This document shows positions 59,575 to 64,000 of a stretch of DNA of 64,000 nt, piece after piece. Where the stretch lies: contig JBBIRS010000002.1 in the NCBI GenBank assembly GCA_037441675.1, positions 295,249 to 359,248 of the forward strand, in the 5' to 3' direction. Each line of letters begins with the position of its first letter. The first letter of the stretch is position 1. The notes beneath the pieces are model-generated. The model saw only the letters and a program-made list of their open reading frames with translations. It had not been told where the DNA came from and made no database searches. The DNA comes from Planctomycetales bacterium. Lineage in GTDB: Bacteria > 4484-113. The position numbers and the translations under genes are program-made.

Positions 59575-60729
59575 CTACGAGCTATTAGGATTCTCTTTTC
59601 GAAATTCTTCTTCCGCAATTCTGATTTCTTCTCTAAGTGCCTCGCGGGCTTCCTCAAGGGTAAGATCTTTACGCGTAATCTTACCCTTTCTGAATACGAC
59701 GAACTTTCCCGCTGCTGCCATAATGCCCACGTCCGCATCTTCCGCTTCACCTGGACCGTTTACCGCACATCCCATCACTGCAACGCTTATAGGTGTATTA
59801 AGTGAGATTACCTCGCCGAGAATTTCGTTAGTCATCTTAATAAGGTCAAATTCAACGCGGGCGCAAGTTGGGCAAGCAATAATGCGAGGAAACTTACGCA
59901 CGCCGAGGCTTGATAGTATCTCCTTGCAGATAACTACTTCGTCCACCACGTCCGACGCAAGGGAGGCGCGAATGGTGTCGCCGATTCCCTCCGCTAGTAA
60001 TAGTCCTATTCCCAGAGCAGAGCGAGCAGAGCCAATTATCCCTGGCCCAGCTTCGGTAATTCCAATATGAAGAGGATAATCGCTTTCAGCAGCGTATCTT
60101 CTATAACATTCCACAGTAACCGGAACATCGCTGGACTTTAAGGATACAACAATATTCTTTATTCCATAGCTCTCTAGAATTTCCACATATCTGTGTGCGC
60201 TTTGCACAATTGCGGCAACCGGGTCTTCACGGTAGAGTGGTTGAAGGTCGTATGCGATGGAACCGCTATTTACACCCACACGGACTGGTATCCCGCGTTT
60301 GACAAGCTCTTTTGCCACAGGTTCTAGTCTCCATTCTGATACGATGTTTCCGGGATTCAATCGCACTTTATTTACCCCCGCTTCAATGGCGGCAAGTGCC
60401 ATCTCTGGATGAAAATGAATATCCGCGATTAGTGGAACGCGCATTTGTTTCTTAATCGCGGGTAGAGCATCTGCACTTCGCTTATCAGGGACACTAACGC
60501 GAATAAGCTCACATCCCGCATCTTCTAATCGGCGAATCTCCGCTAGCGTTGCATCAACGTCAAACGTGTCGGTTGTTGTCATTGACTGAATGGCGACGGA
60601 ATTATCCCCGCCAATGACCACCTTACCAATGGCTACCTCCCTACGCTTGGGGTATTTATTTGGCATACTTCCAATCGCAGTCACACTGGAAAAGATTAGC
60701 TTATCCTTAGTTACGCTCATTTCAACCAA
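59575..60729 (-). CDS. ispG: (E)-4-hydroxy-3-methylbut-2-enyl-diphosphate synthase
   Basis: IQSMTTT, ADIHF, RLNPGNI, GVNSGS, HIGITEAG, GIGDTIR, CPTCAR, VMGCAVNGPGE. Confidence 0.97.
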   Translation of the reverse strand: MVEMSVTKDKLIFSSVTAIGSMPNKYPKRREVAIGKVVIGGDNSVAIQSMTTTDTFDVDATLAEIRRLEDAGCELIRVSVPDKRSADALPAIKKQMRVPLIADIHFHPEMALAAIEAGVNKVRLNPGNIVSEWRLEPVAKELVKRGIPVRVGVNSGSIAYDLQPLYREDPVAAIVQSAHRYVEILESYGIKNIVVSLKSSDVPVTVECYRRYAAESDYPLHIGITEAGPGIIGSARSALGIGLLLAEGIGDTIRASLASDVVDEVVICKEILSSLGVRKFPRIIACPTCARVEFDLIKMTNEILGEVISLNTPISVAVMGCAVNGPGEAEDADVGIMAAAGKFVVFRKGKITRKDLTLEEAREALREEIRIAEEEFRKENPNSS

Positions 60730-60806
60730 CTATTATATCCGACATTATCATAACCGACTAAGCCTGTTATACTCTGATATACCTTTTTTGTGGAGGTAAA
60801 GTTCTT

Positions 60807-61940
60807 ATGGGCACAGGATTAGTGTGGATTTTTGTGATTATAGGTGGGATCCTATTTTTTCTTGCGGTTATACTTCTTTTTACGATTATGCGCAAGCTTT
60901 CCACGACGCAGGCACCGAGCGAACTTTTTGATATTAAGTCAAATCTTGCTCAACTACAATCTCAAATACAATCCCAGCTACCGCAGATACAAATAGAGAT
61001 GGGCGCGCTTAAAGGGCTTACGGAGGCTCAAATCAATACGGTGGAAACGCTTAGAAATAAGGTTGATGAGAAGTTGACTGAAAGTTCCCGCCTTCTTACG
61101 GATCAACTTACAAAAAACCTTGAGAATATGGGAAATACTTTTGCTGCGATTAGCAATGAGTTGGGTAAGCTTGGCGAGGCAAGCAAAAGAATATTAGAGG
61201 TTGGGAAGGACATCGGAGGCTTGAAGGACATTCTAATCGCGCCGAAAGCCAGGGGTGGGCTGGGCGAAGTGTTACTTGAGCAGCTTCTTGGAAATGTTCT
61301 CCCGCCTGAACACTACGAAATGCAGTATTCCCTTGGTGCGGAGCGTGTGGACGCCATAGTGAGAATGCCTGAAGGATTAGTTCCCGTGGACAGTAAGTTT
61401 CCCCTGCCCGCCTTTGAACGGATTACCCAGGCTCAGGATGATTCTGAACGCAAGAAAGCCCGTAAGGAGTTTCTCAAGGACGCTAAAGCTCGGATCAGCG
61501 AAATTGCGAGCAAGTACATCAAGCCTGAACTTGGAACAGTGGATTTTGCCCTGATGTATATCCCTGCGGATAATGTTTACTACGAGGCGGTAACGAGGGA
61601 TGAAGGAGGAGATAGCATACTTGAGTACTCGCTGGCGAAGAAGGTCATTCCCGTCTCGCCTCTCACGTTTTACGCGTATCTCATTGCTCTGGCTTACGGG
61701 CTGAAGGGTATGCGCGTGGCGGAACACGCCAAGAAAATAAGGGAGCATTTGGGATCGCTCGCGCTAGACCTTAGCAAGGCGCAGGAGGACTTTGAGACAC
61801 TTGGCAGACACATTCAAAACGCCGCAAATAAATATAGTGATGTGGGTAAGCACTTTCAGGACTTTGCCTTCAAGTTAACTCAATACGCTGAACTAGGCGG
61901 CGGGGAGTCGCCTGCAAGCCTCCCGCCCACTAGAGAATGA
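60807..61940 (+). CDS. rmuC: DNA recombination protein RmuC
   Basis: TM helix plus coiled coil; PKARGGLGEVLLE, VDAIV, PVDSKFP, KYI, TVDFALMYIP; SD GGAGGT. Confidence 0.93.
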   Translation: MGTGLVWIFVIIGGILFFLAVILLFTIMRKLSTTQAPSELFDIKSNLAQLQSQIQSQLPQIQIEMGALKGLTEAQINTVETLRNKVDEKLTESSRLLTDQLTKNLENMGNTFAAISNELGKLGEASKRILEVGKDIGGLKDILIAPKARGGLGEVLLEQLLGNVLPPEHYEMQYSLGAERVDAIVRMPEGLVPVDSKFPLPAFERITQAQDDSERKKARKEFLKDAKARISEIASKYIKPELGTVDFALMYIPADNVYYEAVTRDEGGDSILEYSLAKKVIPVSPLTFYAYLIALAYGLKGMRVAEHAKKIREHLGSLALDLSKAQEDFETLGRHIQNAANKYSDVGKHFQDFAFKLTQYAELGGGESPASLPPTRE

Positions 61941-62158
61941 ACATAGATGATTTGTCTGCGAAGGCCGTAAATATATGGTTTACAACCGAGAGGTGAAACA
62001 CTTTTTTGTCTAACAGTGCTGGCGCGGTCTCTGATCGTGAAGTTCAAGAGATGTTGCAATTTGCGAAATTTCTAAGGGCGGAAGTTGAGAAATGGATAAG
62101 AGAGAATTATCCAGAATTACTTCAAGGAAGTAGCGTACCATTAACGGAACTTTATTAG
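61937..62158 (+). pseudogene. Possible HEPN-domain remnant
   Basis: The frame from the ATG overlapping the rmuC stop reads ...TER*NTFLSNSAGAVSDREVQEMLQFAKFLRAEVEKWIRENYPELL, resembling HEPN C-termini. Confidence 0.4.
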
Positions 62159-62179
62159 CGGTCGGTTAATTTTATAAAT

Positions 62180-62749
62180 TCACGCGTAATATAACCTTTC
62201 GGGTGCTACAGCTTTAACTGAATAACATAAGACTGACACAACAACAGACAGCCCCAGCGTGTAAGCACCTGCAGATCCTCCAAGACTCAAGAGCATTGGA
62301 ACGCCCAGCACGGTTAAGATTACAACAAAATAACCAAGCGGTTTGTAAACTCCATTTAGAAAAGGACCGTTTTCAAAGCTTGAGGCTGATATAGGTAGAA
62401 CCACGAAAATAAGTGAGAATGCAGAGAAAATCCCAGCAAGAAGCCATAAGGCGACTCTCCCCAAAGGTGGCGCAGATGGAACTAATTTAATTGATGAGTT
62501 GGAAGAGGCATGCACACTAGGAGAAGACGAAACGTATGCGACATTCGTCAAAGTTACAGATTGATTGACCGATTCAAACCGAATACTTCTCTCTCGTTGT
62601 CCGGTCAAAAATTCTTCAAAGGTGAGACCGAGAACCATCTCATCACCTTCAATGTGCCGGTAATTCTTGATTTCTGCATTAACAGCAAATGGCATTAAAG
62701 AGCTTACAAAAGCAAACCACGTCAACAAAACTTTGCATAGCCTTTCCAT
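62180..62749 (-). CDS. Hypothetical membrane protein
   Basis: Signal peptide plus three C-terminal TM segments. Confidence 0.6.
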   Translation of the reverse strand: MERLCKVLLTWFAFVSSLMPFAVNAEIKNYRHIEGDEMVLGLTFEEFLTGQRERSIRFESVNQSVTLTNVAYVSSSPSVHASSNSSIKLVPSAPPLGRVALWLLAGIFSAFSLIFVVLPISASSFENGPFLNGVYKPLGYFVVILTVLGVPMLLSLGGSAGAYTLGLSVVVSVLCYSVKAVAPERLYYA

Positions 62750-62919
62750 TCTTACATCCGAAGTATTTTCTTACTATGCTGAGAGTAAATCATATTCTAA
62801 CATGGATAGTTTAGAATGAGGAATCGCCATAGCAAAATCTTTGGAACTTTTACCCGATTGACTCCTAGACTAGTGGAAATGTGCTCGATGATTCACGATG
62901 ATTAAATTATAATTCACTT

Positions 62920-64000
62920 ATGGGAATGCTTTCTAAGTTTGCGCTTTCACTCACCAGGTGGACCTCAAAATACGTCCCAAGCGCGCTCTCAATCGCGTTT
63001 ATTCTGACCATAATAGTTTTCATATTTGGGCTTCTTTGGGGGAAGTCGCCGGATGGGTTAGGTAGGGCTAACCTGCTTCACCTCATTAAATATTGGGGCG
63101 ATGGCTTCTGGACGCTACTTGAGTTCGCAATGCAGATGTGCTTAATTATCGTTACAGGCTACATTGTTGCGGTTTCACCTTTTGTTTCTCGTCTTCTTCG
63201 CTGGGTGGCAAAAATTCCAAAAACTGGTCCAACTGCGGTGCTTACAATGGCGCTTGTATCGATGGCACTTGCCTTCATAAATTGGGGAATATCCCTAATT
63301 GCATCTGCGATTTTCGTTGGCTACATAGCAAGACGTGTCAAAGCAGTTGACTATAGACTGCTTGTTGCATCCGCATACTTTGGGATGGGCGTGGTCTGGC
63401 ATGCGGGACTGTCCGCAAGCGCACCACTTCTTGTCGCTACTCCAGGCCATTTTATGGAAAAGCAGATGGGCGTAATTAACGTCACTGAAACGATATTCGC
63501 CCCGTTCAACCTCGTTCTTCTCTTGCTCGTGGTAATTGTGATGGCACTCATTGTCTTCCTAGCTCACCCACGGGACACGAAGGACATCTTGGAGATAAGC
63601 CTTGCGGATATTGAGGAAGTTGTCCAGAATTTAGATATGACTAAACATTCAGACAAGGGCATCAAAACGTTTGCTGAATTCTGGGATAAGAGCCCTATGT
63701 TGAATGTTTTGTTTGGTTTAATGGGAATGGCATATTTGATCTATTATTTCGCTACTTCTAATAGCTTTTCGCTTAATCTAAACATTCTTAACTTTTTCTT
63801 TTTCTTCCTTGGACTACTCCTTCATCCATCACCGGAGGCGTTTTCTCAAGCAGCGTTAGCTGGGGGTGAGAAGGTTTACGGTGTAATAATTCAATTTCCA
63901 CTTTACGCAGGTATGTATGGAATTATCAAAAGCGGTGGTTTGGCAGAAACTTTCGCAAACGCTTTTGTAGCAATAAGCTCTGCCAAAACCTTTCCGCTCA
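62920..64000 (+). CDS. atoE: Short-chain fatty acid transporter (AtoE family), 3' end runs off the window
   Basis: Manual translation: YVPSALSIAFILT, WGDGFWTLLEFAMQMCLIIVTG, VDYRLLVASAY, WHAGLSASAPL, IIQFPLYAG. Confidence 0.9.
   Translation, partial: MGMLSKFALSLTRWTSKYVPSALSIAFILTIIVFIFGLLWGKSPDGLGRANLLHLIKYWGDGFWTLLEFAMQMCLIIVTGYIVAVSPFVSRLLRWVAKIPKTGPTAVLTMALVSMALAFINWGISLIASAIFVGYIARRVKAVDYRLLVASAYFGMGVVWHAGLSASAPLLVATPGHFMEKQMGVINVTETIFAPFNLVLLLLVVIVMALIVFLAHPRDTKDILEISLADIEEVVQNLDMTKHSDKGIKTFAEFWDKSPMLNVLFGLMGMAYLIYYFATSNSFSLNLNILNFFFFFLGLLLHPSPEAFSQAALAGGEKVYGVIIQFPLYAGMYGIIKSGGLAETFANAFVAISSAKTFPL

Noticed and set aside
61994..61996. TGA recoding (selenocysteine or alternative genetic code)
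   Set aside because: TGA ends conserved genes normally here (ybaB, murI, purC, rmuC), and there is no Sec-type context.

Overview
A 64 kb stretch of core bacterial chromosome. I found no CRISPR array, rRNA, transposase or prophage structural genes. It carries housekeeping genes for replication (dnaB), purines (purD, purB, purC, purS), glnA, smpB plus tmRNA (tag ANNFELAVA), murI, fixC/fixX, nadC/coaX, the MEP pathway (ispD, ispE, ispF, ispG), mqnD, thiG, tpiA, rpe, dcd and acpS, and a tRNA-Ile(GAU). There are three large surface lipoproteins, two of them with dockerin-like paired EF-hands, two probable outer-membrane beta-barrels and three decayed gene remnants. Firmicute-like synteny plus beta-barrels suggests a diderm, Terrabacteria-like lineage (inference only). 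The most notable signals are: (1) an in-frame IspF-RNase HI fusion in a PIN/TRAM-ispD operon; (2) a candidate dnaA-distal oriC (DnaA boxes, DnaA-trio-like repeats, AT cluster) at about 55.2-55.6 kb, with a parS site at 38,640; (3) at least 11 genes with a -10 hexamer 6-8 nt before the start codon and no SD, implying widespread leaderless translation, often from GTG; (4) an orphan CI/Cro-like divergent switch with a palindromic candidate operator; (5) an apparent CTG start for rpe. All calls come from reading the sequence by eye; no searches were run.
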